A stretch of DNA of 64,000 nucleotides, from the NCBI GenBank assembly GCA_033812735.1, contig JAPXTA010000001.1, positions 22,810 to 86,809 on the forward strand, read 5' to 3'. The stretch comes from Hyphomicrobiaceae bacterium. GTDB taxonomy: Bacteria; Pseudomonadota; Alphaproteobacteria; Rhizobiales; Hyphomicrobiaceae. The notes beneath the pieces are model-generated. The model did not search any database. It was not told the origin of the DNA and saw only the letters and a list, made by a program, of their open reading frames with translations. This document shows positions 9,998 through 18,507 of the stretch, piece by piece (the stretch's first letter is position 1; each line of letters starts with the position of its first letter). The position numbers and the translations under genes were made by a program.

Positions 9998-11175
9998 TGG
10001 GGGCGGGGTGGGCGATGGTGCCGCTCGGCGAGGTCATGCGCACGGCGGTCGATCCGCACAAAGTCGATGCTTCCCGCAGTTATCCGAACCTTGGCATCTA
10101 CGGCTTCGGACGCGGCGTCTTCTCCAAGCCCGCGATCGAAGGCACGAACACGAGCGCCTCGACTCTCTATCGCGTCCGGGCCGGCCAATTCATCTACAGC
10201 CGGTTGTTCGCGTTCGAGGGTGCCTACAGCATCGTGCCGCCCGAGTGCGATGGCTACTTCGTCTCCAACGAGTTCCCGACGTTCGACTGTGATCCACGGC
10301 GACTGGACTCCCGCTTCCTGTCGTGGCTGTTCAAGCGCCCGTCGCTATGGCGCGCTATTGCCGAGCGCAGCACCGGCATGGGCGACCGCCGCCAGCGCAT
10401 CCACCCCGAGCAGGTTCTGGCGGAGGAGGTCCCACTCCCCGCCCTCGACGAGCAGCGCCGCATCGTCGCCCGCATTGATTCCCTCGCCGCTAAGATCGCC
10501 GAGGCGCGCGGGCTGCGGGAGGACGCTGCAAGCCAAACGACCAAGCTGCTTGTCGCTATGGCTCACCGAGGCGACATGACCCGAAGTGCCAAGCTGCGTG
10601 ACGGTTGGCGACCGGTTCGGCTTGGCGACGTCGTGGAGGAGTTCAGTGATCCTCACGTGGTCACGACCGATCGGAGCTATCCCAACTTCGGCATCTTCAG
10701 TTTCGCACGCGGCCTCTTCCCCAAGGCACCCATCAGCGGTCTGGAGACCTCGGCCACTCGGCTATACCGCGCTCGGACCGGTCTCTTCATCTACAGCCGC
10801 TTGTTTGCTTTCGAGGGTTCTTACGGCATCGTCGGCGATGAGTTCGATGGCTGCTTCGTCTCGAATGAGTACCCGATGTTCGCCTGCAAGCCGTCGGATG
10901 TGTTACCCGACTTTCTTGCGGCCTACTTCCAGTCGCCAGAGGTGTGGCGCGCCATCGCCGAAGGCAGCTCCGGTCTTGGTGATCGCCGCCAACGCGTGCA
11001 GCCCGCCCAGGTTCTGCGCCACGAGTTCATGCTCCCCCCGATGGAATGGCAGCGCAAAATCGCGCAGGTTCGAAAATCGGTAGCAGCGCACGCAGCTGCG
11101 CATTCCGAGGTCGTGCCCGAACTCGATGCGCTCTTGCCCGCCATCCTCGACCGAGCGTTCAAGGGGGGGCTTTGA
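9994..11175 (+). CDS. hsdS: Type I R-M specificity subunit with two closely related target-recognition halves
   Basis: The start overlaps the hsdM stop (GTGATG; the ATG at 9997 is the likely start). Two repeated halves, residues ~8-190 and ~205-390, share blocks such as SYPNxGIxxFxRGxF and FIYSRLFAFEGxY. Confidence 0.88.
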   Translation: MMGAGWAMVPLGEVMRTAVDPHKVDASRSYPNLGIYGFGRGVFSKPAIEGTNTSASTLYRVRAGQFIYSRLFAFEGAYSIVPPECDGYFVSNEFPTFDCDPRRLDSRFLSWLFKRPSLWRAIAERSTGMGDRRQRIHPEQVLAEEVPLPALDEQRRIVARIDSLAAKIAEARGLREDAASQTTKLLVAMAHRGDMTRSAKLRDGWRPVRLGDVVEEFSDPHVVTTDRSYPNFGIFSFARGLFPKAPISGLETSATRLYRARTGLFIYSRLFAFEGSYGIVGDEFDGCFVSNEYPMFACKPSDVLPDFLAAYFQSPEVWRAIAEGSSGLGDRRQRVQPAQVLRHEFMLPPMEWQRKIAQVRKSVAAHAAAHSEVVPELDALLPAILDRAFKGGL

Positions 11176-11254
11176 GCACTGTGCCGAATCAATGCTGCGA
11201 GTTAGATGTGGTCGCACTGAATGAGTTTTGATTGCAGGGTAGGGAAGCTCGCCC

Positions 11255-11584
11255 TTGATGGAACTGTCTTTCGTTACCGAAGAGCTGAGGGCGATATGCG
11301 AAAGTCGTCGCAAGGCAGTCAAGCGTCTCGGACACGACGGGTCCAGCGCTTTGGAGATGGTTTTGGCGGATATCGAAGCCTGTCAATCTCTCGAGGAGAT
11401 TGAGTCCATCTATGGCGACCTGCCGACGGTCACAGGAACGGAAAGCTGGATGCTGTCGTTGGATGGCGCGATATCAGTTCGCTTCACATCCGGCCACGTA
11501 AAGACGCCCAGGCGAAAGACCGGTGACGTCGACCGAAGCAAAGTTACGCGCCTGAGGATCGAAGAGATTGAGGTTCTGTCATGA
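11255..11584 (+). CDS. HigB-like / plasmid-maintenance killer-like small protein (tentative toxin)
   Basis: This 109-aa protein has a stop that overlaps the start of the next gene (ATGA). Its length and layout resemble HigB-family killer proteins, and its partner has a HigA/VapI-type HTH. The assignment is from memory only. Confidence 0.4.
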   Translation: MMELSFVTEELRAICESRRKAVKRLGHDGSSALEMVLADIEACQSLEEIESIYGDLPTVTGTESWMLSLDGAISVRFTSGHVKTPRRKTGDVDRSKVTRLRIEEIEVLS

Positions 11585-12690
11585 CATCTGAATTTGCTCC
11601 GACGTGGTTCTCGCCGCCCGGTTCAACTCTTTCGATGATGATGGCACGCCAGGGCATCAGTGCCCGCGAACTGGCAACGACGCTGAAGGAAGATACGTCA
11701 TTCGTTTTGCGCCTGCTCGCAGGTACAGAGCGGATCGAGAACCAAGTTGCTAAGCTCTTGGCGAAGAACGTCGGAGCTACACCGGAATTCTGGACTTCGC
11801 GTCAGGCCAAATACGACGCCGCATTGGATAGGACAGCGAGCAAGATCGCATCGGACGCGGCGACGACTTGGCTCCGTTCGCTTCCACTCAAAGACATGCG
11901 TGCAGGCGGATGGATTCAACCCGCGACGCGCGAGCATTCGCTTTCAGCCGCGCTTGCGTACTTCGGCGTCACTAGCCCTGAAGAGTGGCGCGAAAGGTAC
12001 GCTGAGCACGCGACCATGTACTCTTACCGCACGTCTCAGTCGTTTGAATCGAAACTCGGTGCGCTAGCTGCTTGGTTGCGCCAGGGAGAACTTCAAGCCG
12101 CTGGGATAAAGTGCGCAAAATGGAACCCAGAGACGTTTCGTTCAGCGCTAGTGGAGATTAGAAGGCTGACCCGACTAAAGAGCCCGTTGATGTTCATGGC
12201 CAGGTTGCGGGATCACTGTGCGTCTTCCGGGGTGGCGGTCGTGTTCATCAAGGCGCCCGCAGGCTGCCGCGCCAGCGGTGCAACTCGCTTCATCAGTCGT
12301 GACAAGGCGATGCTCATTCTGAGCTTCAGGCACCTCTCTGATGATCATTTCTGGTTTTCATTCTTCCACGAGGCGGGGCATCTGCTTCTGCATGGTTACG
12401 ACTCGACGTTTGTCGACGGCGATGCTGCGGAAACCACAGAGAAAGAGAAGGAAGCAAATCACTTCGCTGCCGGGACGTTGATCCCGCTTCCGGAGCGAGG
12501 GCACCTTGAACGGTTGCGCGCGGACGTGAATAGCGTTGTCCGCTTCGCCGTATCGATCGGAATTTCACCTGGTATTGTGGTGGGGCAAATGCAGCATGGG
12601 GGGCTGTTGGGACCAAACCAACTGAATGGATTGAAGCGTCGCTACACATGGGACGAAGTGCAGAAGGCTGTCGATCAGCTCAGCCTTTGA
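11581..12690 (+). CDS. HTH (HigA/VapI-like) fused to an ImmA/IrrE-family Zn-metallopeptidase domain
   Basis: The N-terminal segment PGSTLSMMMARQGISARELA...ATPEFWTSRQAKYD is a HigA/VapI-type HTH. The C-terminal segment FFHEAGHLLLH (HExxH) followed by EKEANHFAAGTLIP is typical of COG2856 peptidases. Confidence 0.8.
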   Translation: MTSEFAPTWFSPPGSTLSMMMARQGISARELATTLKEDTSFVLRLLAGTERIENQVAKLLAKNVGATPEFWTSRQAKYDAALDRTASKIASDAATTWLRSLPLKDMRAGGWIQPATREHSLSAALAYFGVTSPEEWRERYAEHATMYSYRTSQSFESKLGALAAWLRQGELQAAGIKCAKWNPETFRSALVEIRRLTRLKSPLMFMARLRDHCASSGVAVVFIKAPAGCRASGATRFISRDKAMLILSFRHLSDDHFWFSFFHEAGHLLLHGYDSTFVDGDAAETTEKEKEANHFAAGTLIPLPERGHLERLRADVNSVVRFAVSIGISPGIVVGQMQHGGLLGPNQLNGLKRRYTWDEVQKAVDQLSL

Positions 12691-13600
12691 AATGCACAAA
12701 GACATCGGGGCTTTTCTGCCAGTTGCAGAGAGAGTCCTCCATAGCCTGCATACCGATGTTGAGATCGGCGTTGAGCTCAATCGTCCAGACATCGAGGTCT
12801 CTCACCGATAGCAGGGCCTTGCGATCATTGCCGAACAGGAGACGCGCTCCAGCGACGGGGCCCGTAGCACCCTTGAGGTAAGCTGACCCTGGCGTAATGG
12901 GCGCAAGGTCCAATCGACCCACGAGGGCCAGAAAGTCGAACTTTCCAAGCCGCCCGAACTGCCGGACATTCATGTCCCGATAGAAGGCATCAAATATCGA
13001 GTTGGGATCGTTCCCGCCTGCCTGCACCAGCCGCGCGACAGTCTGCCGATGTGCGCCCCCTGGTCCGATCCACTCCAAATAGCTTTGGAAAACCTTATCG
13101 GTTCCCTCATCGGAATCAGTTCTAAGCGAAGCGTATTTGCGATGGTTTCCAAAGGCGCCCCCAATGCGGTCCTGGTGATTTGTCAGCCAAACAACGAATG
13201 CTTGCGGATCGTTGCTGTAAACGGGCCACGTCCAAGTTCTACACCCAAGCCCTGAGTAAACGTCACGCAGGCGACGCCAACCGTGACGGCCGTGTTTCCC
13301 GAAGTGGACGGACAGAAACGTGATCCAAAACGCTTCATCCAAATCGCCATTTCGATGATGCAGGATGGCCGCTCGCTCTGGGTCGAATAGATCGTTGTTG
13401 GGATCAACGCGATCGGCACTCAGAGGACGGCGCCTGAGCAACGCTGTGTACTCAAGCCTTCGCAAACTTGCGACCATCTGCCAAGCAAGCGTGTCGCGGC
13501 GAGCGCGCGTAGCTATGCCCGGCAGGGCGCGATGCCGTCGCGCATGTAGCTGAAGCGCGGCTGAGAGGCGGTCCGCCACGTGCTGTCGATTAGGCCACAC
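12680..13600 (-). CDS. Hypothetical 306-aa protein co-translated with the TS-fold enzyme. It may be an aGPT-Pplase-like base-modification protein (tentative).
   Basis: A GTG start at 13600 lies 9 nt after a GAGGA that overlaps the stop of the upstream gene. The protein is basic. The C-terminal block GKFDFLALVGRLDL...GATGPVAGARLLFG reminds me of aGPT-Pplase families, but this is unverified. Confidence 0.5.
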   Translation of the reverse strand: MWPNRQHVADRLSAALQLHARRHRALPGIATRARRDTLAWQMVASLRRLEYTALLRRRPLSADRVDPNNDLFDPERAAILHHRNGDLDEAFWITFLSVHFGKHGRHGWRRLRDVYSGLGCRTWTWPVYSNDPQAFVVWLTNHQDRIGGAFGNHRKYASLRTDSDEGTDKVFQSYLEWIGPGGAHRQTVARLVQAGGNDPNSIFDAFYRDMNVRQFGRLGKFDFLALVGRLDLAPITPGSAYLKGATGPVAGARLLFGNDRKALLSVRDLDVWTIELNADLNIGMQAMEDSLCNWQKSPDVFVHFKG

Positions 13601-13612
13601 AGATTGTTATCC

Positions 13613-14716
13613 TCAAAATGGCAAGCGGGGTTGACGTGGTAGGGACGGTGAGCGTGGCTTCATTTGAGTTCGTCTATCGACGTAGGTGCCATAGCCTTTG
13701 AAACTAAGTGACGCTTTCAGCCTTCGGATCTTAGCGGCGTCGCCTGTTGCTTCGAAGATCTGCAGCAGCTTGACGAGATCGAGCCAGTAAGCATCCAAGC
13801 CGCGAACCTCTTTTGACAGGGCTCGCCCCGCACGGATATCAGCTTCTGCTTCGAGGAGACGACCAATGGCTATCCAGGGGTCGCCCAATGGCATGGCCGG
13901 CATGGGCACGGTCTGTTGAATGCCCTCGGATAGAAACTGCTCGGCGGCAGAGCGGTGCACATCATAAAGGTGCAGGCTCCCAACGAATTGCTTGTATTCG
14001 CCAACTTCCGCCCCCACTGATCTGGCGACGATCTCCTGTATCATCGTGAAGCAAAAGATATCGTGCGGCAGGCCCAGATATGCGTCTTGGGATCGCATCG
14101 TGACCATTAGATCCAGCTTTCCCCGGCGCAGAGCAAACTGCATCGCCAAGGTGCATGGAACCTCCGTATGCCGCCGCGCCGTGTCGGATGCTTCGAAAAT
14201 CTGAAGAACCGCACGACGGCTATCGGGCTTCTGCTTGAGATTTTCGATTAACGTGCGAACTTGGTCATGACTTGGATGGCTGAACAGTCGACGACCATAC
14301 CCGCCATGCACAGTTTCGCCGTCTTCGGACTCGTCTTTATAGCGATCGATGTAGTACTCAATGAACTCCAGCCGATTGTCGCGCGAAAGATACCAAAGCA
14401 GCTCTCCCAACGAGCTGAATGGTCGCCCTCTTGTTTCAGTGCGGCTCAACCGTGCTCTCGGATCTTTTAGCTCCAGAAGCATGCCGCGGCGCTCGTAAGC
14501 AATGCCCAGCTCCTTGGACCTCGATGACTGGGTCTCATCAGCACCCACCAGCAGCCGTGGCAGAAGCTTTCGGCACAAGTCGTCAAGAGTAGCGGCGACG
14601 AGGCGCATGGCAAGCATCCTGCGGCAGCATTCGAGATACCACGAAGACACAGCTGGCAGCAGCGAATCACTGCGGTAGCTGTGCTTGATTGTGGGGTACG
14701 ACGGCGGCGTCGCCAA
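13613..14716 (-). CDS. Thymidylate-synthase-fold enzyme, likely dCMP/CMP-directed (hydroxymethylase- or methylase-like)
   Basis: TS motifs are present: ELLWYL, EVPCTLAMQF (catalytic Cys), MRSQDAYLGLPHD and GSLHLYD. The Asn of the canonical LGLPFN is Asp here. The true start is probably internal, at Met34 or Met37 (about 14608-14617). Confidence 0.8.
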   Translation of the reverse strand: MATPPSYPTIKHSYRSDSLLPAVSSWYLECCRRMLAMRLVAATLDDLCRKLLPRLLVGADETQSSRSKELGIAYERRGMLLELKDPRARLSRTETRGRPFSSLGELLWYLSRDNRLEFIEYYIDRYKDESEDGETVHGGYGRRLFSHPSHDQVRTLIENLKQKPDSRRAVLQIFEASDTARRHTEVPCTLAMQFALRRGKLDLMVTMRSQDAYLGLPHDIFCFTMIQEIVARSVGAEVGEYKQFVGSLHLYDVHRSAAEQFLSEGIQQTVPMPAMPLGDPWIAIGRLLEAEADIRAGRALSKEVRGLDAYWLDLVKLLQIFEATGDAAKIRRLKASLSFKGYGTYVDRRTQMKPRSPSLPRQPRLPF

Positions 14717-15045
14717 GTGACCACAGTCACGCAGAACTCTGCTGCATCGGCGATGATCGGCGCTTGGGCTTGTGTTGGATTAGGGAAGCGCCGTTTGCAT
14801 GTCGTGTGCAGGGTCGGCAAACGGGCGGCAGGTGCGCCGATGTGCACTAGGCAGATTTCAGTCGTATAACGTATTTTATGCTGAATTGATGTTATATTTC
14901 ATATAGTTGCCTATGGTTATAAAGCCGCATTATGTTAAGCGATGATGTTTCGCAGGCTACGCGGCCTTGGCCATAAAATCAGTTTATAAATACACAATCA
15001 CCATATACATTGCGAATATCACTTAATATTTTAAACGAGCCTGCC

Positions 15046-15204
15046 ATGAAATCATCGGAAGAAATAATAGACAAACTGCAAGATCTTACTCTGGCAGCCG
15101 CCATGCGACGCTTATCGGTTCTGATCTTGTGCCTGATAAGCCTATTCGTAGGTCTCAGTGTAGGTTTGCTGGTCGGCATTCCTGTCGGTCGGGGCTATTT
15201 CTGA
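15046..15204 (+). CDS. Small (52 aa) protein with a C-terminal transmembrane helix
   Basis: The ATG at 15046 lies in an AT-rich region. The hydrophobic stretch is VLILCLISLFVGLSVGLLVGIPV. There is no homology evidence. Confidence 0.3.
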   Translation: MKSSEEIIDKLQDLTLAAAMRRLSVLILCLISLFVGLSVGLLVGIPVGRGYF

Positions 15205-15255
15205 TCCCGAGCCTGGGCGTCCACCTATTTCTCACTCATTTTTGTAATAATTATC

Positions 15256-18000
15256 GTGATTCGACCTTTTGTACTTAACCACAATACGTTTCTCCGTCCT
15301 GACAGCGCTCATGCCTCTGAGGCCGATCTCGATAAGCTTCTGCGGGACATCGGAGGGAACTCCGGAAACAGCTACATCACTTATGCGCTGGCACGGCAAA
15401 CACCACTAGATCGCCTCGATGGCGTGGCCAATGTGTTCGCCGACGGTGCCATCGATAGTATCAACGTCGCTGCCGTCAACTCCAAGTACACACATGTCTA
15501 TCTGGTGCTGCAGGATCATCTGCGACTGAGCACTGGTGGATTGCCGTGGGAGGCTCTGGCGCAGTTGATCGCCAAGTTTCGAATTCCGGTCGTTGTATTC
15601 AGTCTCGGCGCGAATAGCTTCGGGGAAACGCCCCGGGAGCTCGCAGCAGCATTGCCGGCTGAAATGGTCGCTGCGTTTCGCGAGATTTCCGATCACTCGA
15701 TGTCGTTGGGCATTCGGGGCGCTTTCACCGCAGAGGTTCTCGATCATCTCGGCATCTCGAACTACGCGGTTGTCGGTTGCCCAGCTTGGTTCGAAGCTGG
15801 ACCGGGTCGAGTCGTGCCGTACCCAGAATTCGACGCAACCAAGCCGATCGCCGCTACGGGCCTTTTCTCACATGCGCAGACAGATCAGATACACTTTCTG
15901 CTTCAAGACGAGACGCTCTTTTTACGTAGCATGTTCCACGGCACGTGTCCTGCGCCGGATGCTGCAGCCGGCCTGATCCACGGCTATCCACACTACGGGC
16001 CTTGCGCGGTCTCTGCATTTTATGCCGGACGCATGCATTTCTACGCCGACATGGGTGCTTGGAAGAAGGCTCTGTCAAAGGGTTTCTCTTTCGCCGCGGG
16101 GACCCGCGTGCATGGAGCCTTCGCCGCCATGAACGCTGGCTTGCCGGCCTTGTGTACCTCGGGTGATGCGCGTTCGAGGGAGATGTGCGAGCTGTTCAAG
16201 CTGCCGCACCAGCCAGGAATTTGTGCTGCGGATCTGCCTCTCGAACGGCTCTATGAGTTGGCCGATCCAACCGCTGCCAACTCGGCTTATCCGCAAGCCT
16301 ATGACAATTTCATATCGTGGATGCAGAGTCTTGGCATCCATTCGGTCCAGGGACTTCATGCAGACCCTAAGTGGCCGATCGGCCGAATCGAGCCGCGACC
16401 CAAGCTGGAACAAGACCAACTGATGATGTCGGCATTGACTCTCGCGGGCAAGACCGAAGATGAGCAAGAGTCAAACGTAGTGAGCGAGGTATCACTAAGC
16501 GGCAATGAGCGGACGACACCACTGCTGTCAATCTGCATTCCAACATATAATCGAGCTGGACATCTGGAGAAGCTCTTGCGCTTCCTGTCCGCCAATATTC
16601 TTTCGAACACGCGCTATTCGATTGAATTGATCGCCGTCAATAATGCATCGACAGACAACACTCGAGAGATGCTCGATGGTCTGCATGACGATCGCATTCG
16701 CATCGTGCACCGGGAGGCGCATCTTCCGACGGCCGAGGAGAACATCTTCCACAGCGTCGGGCTCTGCAACGGCGAGTTTGTCTGGTTCCTCGGCGATGAT
16801 GATGTGCCGGTTCTGGAGAATTTCGACGACCACTATGCGCTGATCGAGGCCGGCACGCATGACTTCTACCTCTTTAATCCCGCGATAGCAGACAGTCGCG
16901 GCACCATTGCCGTGCTGCAGAATGTGAAGATGAACCGCGCATTATTGGAGTTGCCGATCGCCGACTTGATCGGGATGATCGGTTGCTTTTTCACGCTTGC
17001 GGGCATTTCGAATGGCATCATCCGGCGGAGCCTTGTGACGACCGAACGTGGTCTCCACTTCATGGGCGTGTCCCAGATCTACAGCATGGTTGCCTGGATG
17101 ATCGACGCAGTGAAGACGGCCCGGTCCGTGTTCGTGAATGCCCCGCTCGTCTACTATCGCGAAAACGACTACAGCGATGGCCATTGGCAGCGTGTAGCTG
17201 CTCGACTTGGGGTTGGCGATCAATATTTCTGGTCGACGGGCGTCTTGGCTCTGCTTCGCGAACTCATTGCTCAGGGTGCGCTAATGCCTGCAGATGTAGG
17301 GCGGATCAAGGAGGTCAACAGGGAAGGCCAGCGGCACAACTTGATCGACGACATGATGTTCAAATTCTACTTGCAGCTCAAGACGGCGCGATCGGATGCT
17401 TCATCACGCCAGCAGATTTCGATCGAGGAAATGACAGACGTGGCCCGCTTCTTCGCCGAGGTCGAGCCGACGACATTCGATCTCGTTGAATGCTTGAAAA
17501 GAATGGCCCTGGCAAACGGGGATTTCGAGGACTTGGAACAGCAGTTCTTGCAGCGCTTCGGTGAGCGTCAAGCCGCCGGGGTCTGGGTGCGTGCGGTGCA
17601 ACGGATCTACAAGGGCTATGAGGTCATCAAGACTCCTGTGCAATTCACGGCGATCCGGTTGGGGTATGGGTCCCGCGATCGCATCATGATGACGGTCGAT
17701 CCTCTGTCATGCCCTCCTCACGTGCTTGCTGCGCCAACCTGGCCCGAACTGGCGGCGCAACTCGATCTCCAGCCGTATTTTGTCGAACCTCCTTGTGAGC
17801 CGCCGCCGATCGTCACGCCGGTTCATGTTCATGTGCCGCCATTGGGTGACGAGCACGGCCGCCAAGCTGCCATGCTGAGTGAGGCACTTGGACGCCTTAA
17901 TTCAGTTTACAACTCGAGCTCCTGGCAGCTCACCTATCCGTTGCGAGCGGTGCGGGTATTGCTCAGTAGGATCGTCAGGACGATCTTTGGTCGTTCGTAG
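15256..18000 (+). CDS. Bifunctional glycan-modifying enzyme: polysaccharide-pyruvyl-transferase-like N-terminal domain plus GT2 glycosyltransferase domain
   Basis: The N-terminal domain has GNSGNSYI and GTRVHGAFAAMNAGLPAL (PS_pyruv_trans-like). The central domain has LSICIPTYNRAGHLEKLL...AVNNASTDNT...FLGDDD (GT-A/GT2). GTG is the only possible start after the upstream stop, and there is no obvious RBS. Confidence 0.75.
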   Translation: MIRPFVLNHNTFLRPDSAHASEADLDKLLRDIGGNSGNSYITYALARQTPLDRLDGVANVFADGAIDSINVAAVNSKYTHVYLVLQDHLRLSTGGLPWEALAQLIAKFRIPVVVFSLGANSFGETPRELAAALPAEMVAAFREISDHSMSLGIRGAFTAEVLDHLGISNYAVVGCPAWFEAGPGRVVPYPEFDATKPIAATGLFSHAQTDQIHFLLQDETLFLRSMFHGTCPAPDAAAGLIHGYPHYGPCAVSAFYAGRMHFYADMGAWKKALSKGFSFAAGTRVHGAFAAMNAGLPALCTSGDARSREMCELFKLPHQPGICAADLPLERLYELADPTAANSAYPQAYDNFISWMQSLGIHSVQGLHADPKWPIGRIEPRPKLEQDQLMMSALTLAGKTEDEQESNVVSEVSLSGNERTTPLLSICIPTYNRAGHLEKLLRFLSANILSNTRYSIELIAVNNASTDNTREMLDGLHDDRIRIVHREAHLPTAEENIFHSVGLCNGEFVWFLGDDDVPVLENFDDHYALIEAGTHDFYLFNPAIADSRGTIAVLQNVKMNRALLELPIADLIGMIGCFFTLAGISNGIIRRSLVTTERGLHFMGVSQIYSMVAWMIDAVKTARSVFVNAPLVYYRENDYSDGHWQRVAARLGVGDQYFWSTGVLALLRELIAQGALMPADVGRIKEVNREGQRHNLIDDMMFKFYLQLKTARSDASSRQQISIEEMTDVARFFAEVEPTTFDLVECLKRMALANGDFEDLEQQFLQRFGERQAAGVWVRAVQRIYKGYEVIKTPVQFTAIRLGYGSRDRIMMTVDPLSCPPHVLAAPTWPELAAQLDLQPYFVEPPCEPPPIVTPVHVHVPPLGDEHGRQAAMLSEALGRLNSVYNSSSWQLTYPLRAVRVLLSRIVRTIFGRS

Positions 18001-18020
18001 GACTGACTAACGGAGAGGCA

Positions 18021-18503
18021 TCACCGCAAGCTGATCGCCCCGATGAGAACGCCCATAAAATCCCGCCGTGGATCGGTCGTGACGGTCGATTTGAGCGGCA
18101 TGGCCAGCACTGGCCTGCCGTGACGGCTGATCGGGGTGGCATCGATGTCGCGATTGAGGAAAAGGTGGCAGACGTGGGGCTCGGCCGGCGGGAAGCAGGC
18201 GTACCAGACCGAGATATTGAAGAAGGTTTCGAAGTTCCGGAAGGTGCGGTGCTCGTAGGCGTCGATCAGGATGTGGTCGTCGTAGATCGACTTCGCCTTC
18301 ACGTCGAAGGCGAGCGTGCCGATGGTCGGCAGCCCGACCAGAAAATCCGGCCGCTTGATCTCGCCACGCAATCCCTTCGGCACGGTGAGCGGCGACTGCT
18401 CGACATACATGTGAGGGAGCACGCAGCGATCGAGCCATACCCGAAACCGTTCCTCGGCCGCATGTCCCTGCTCCTTGCGTGCTTGTCGCGATAGCCGCGT
18501 CAT
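18021..18503 (-). CDS. PD-(D/E)xK-like nuclease-fold protein (161 aa)
   Basis: The internal ATG at 18503 lies 5 nt after the stop of the upstream gene. Motifs are AAEERF, RPDFLV and FDVKAK, fitting E ... D ... D-x-K. The longer N-terminal extension in the ORF track is Arg/Pro-rich and unlikely to be real. Confidence 0.55.
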   Translation of the reverse strand: MTRLSRQARKEQGHAAEERFRVWLDRCVLPHMYVEQSPLTVPKGLRGEIKRPDFLVGLPTIGTLAFDVKAKSIYDDHILIDAYEHRTFRNFETFFNISVWYACFPPAEPHVCHLFLNRDIDATPISRHGRPVLAMPLKSTVTTDPRRDFMGVLIGAISLR

Positions 18504-18507
18504 GCGG

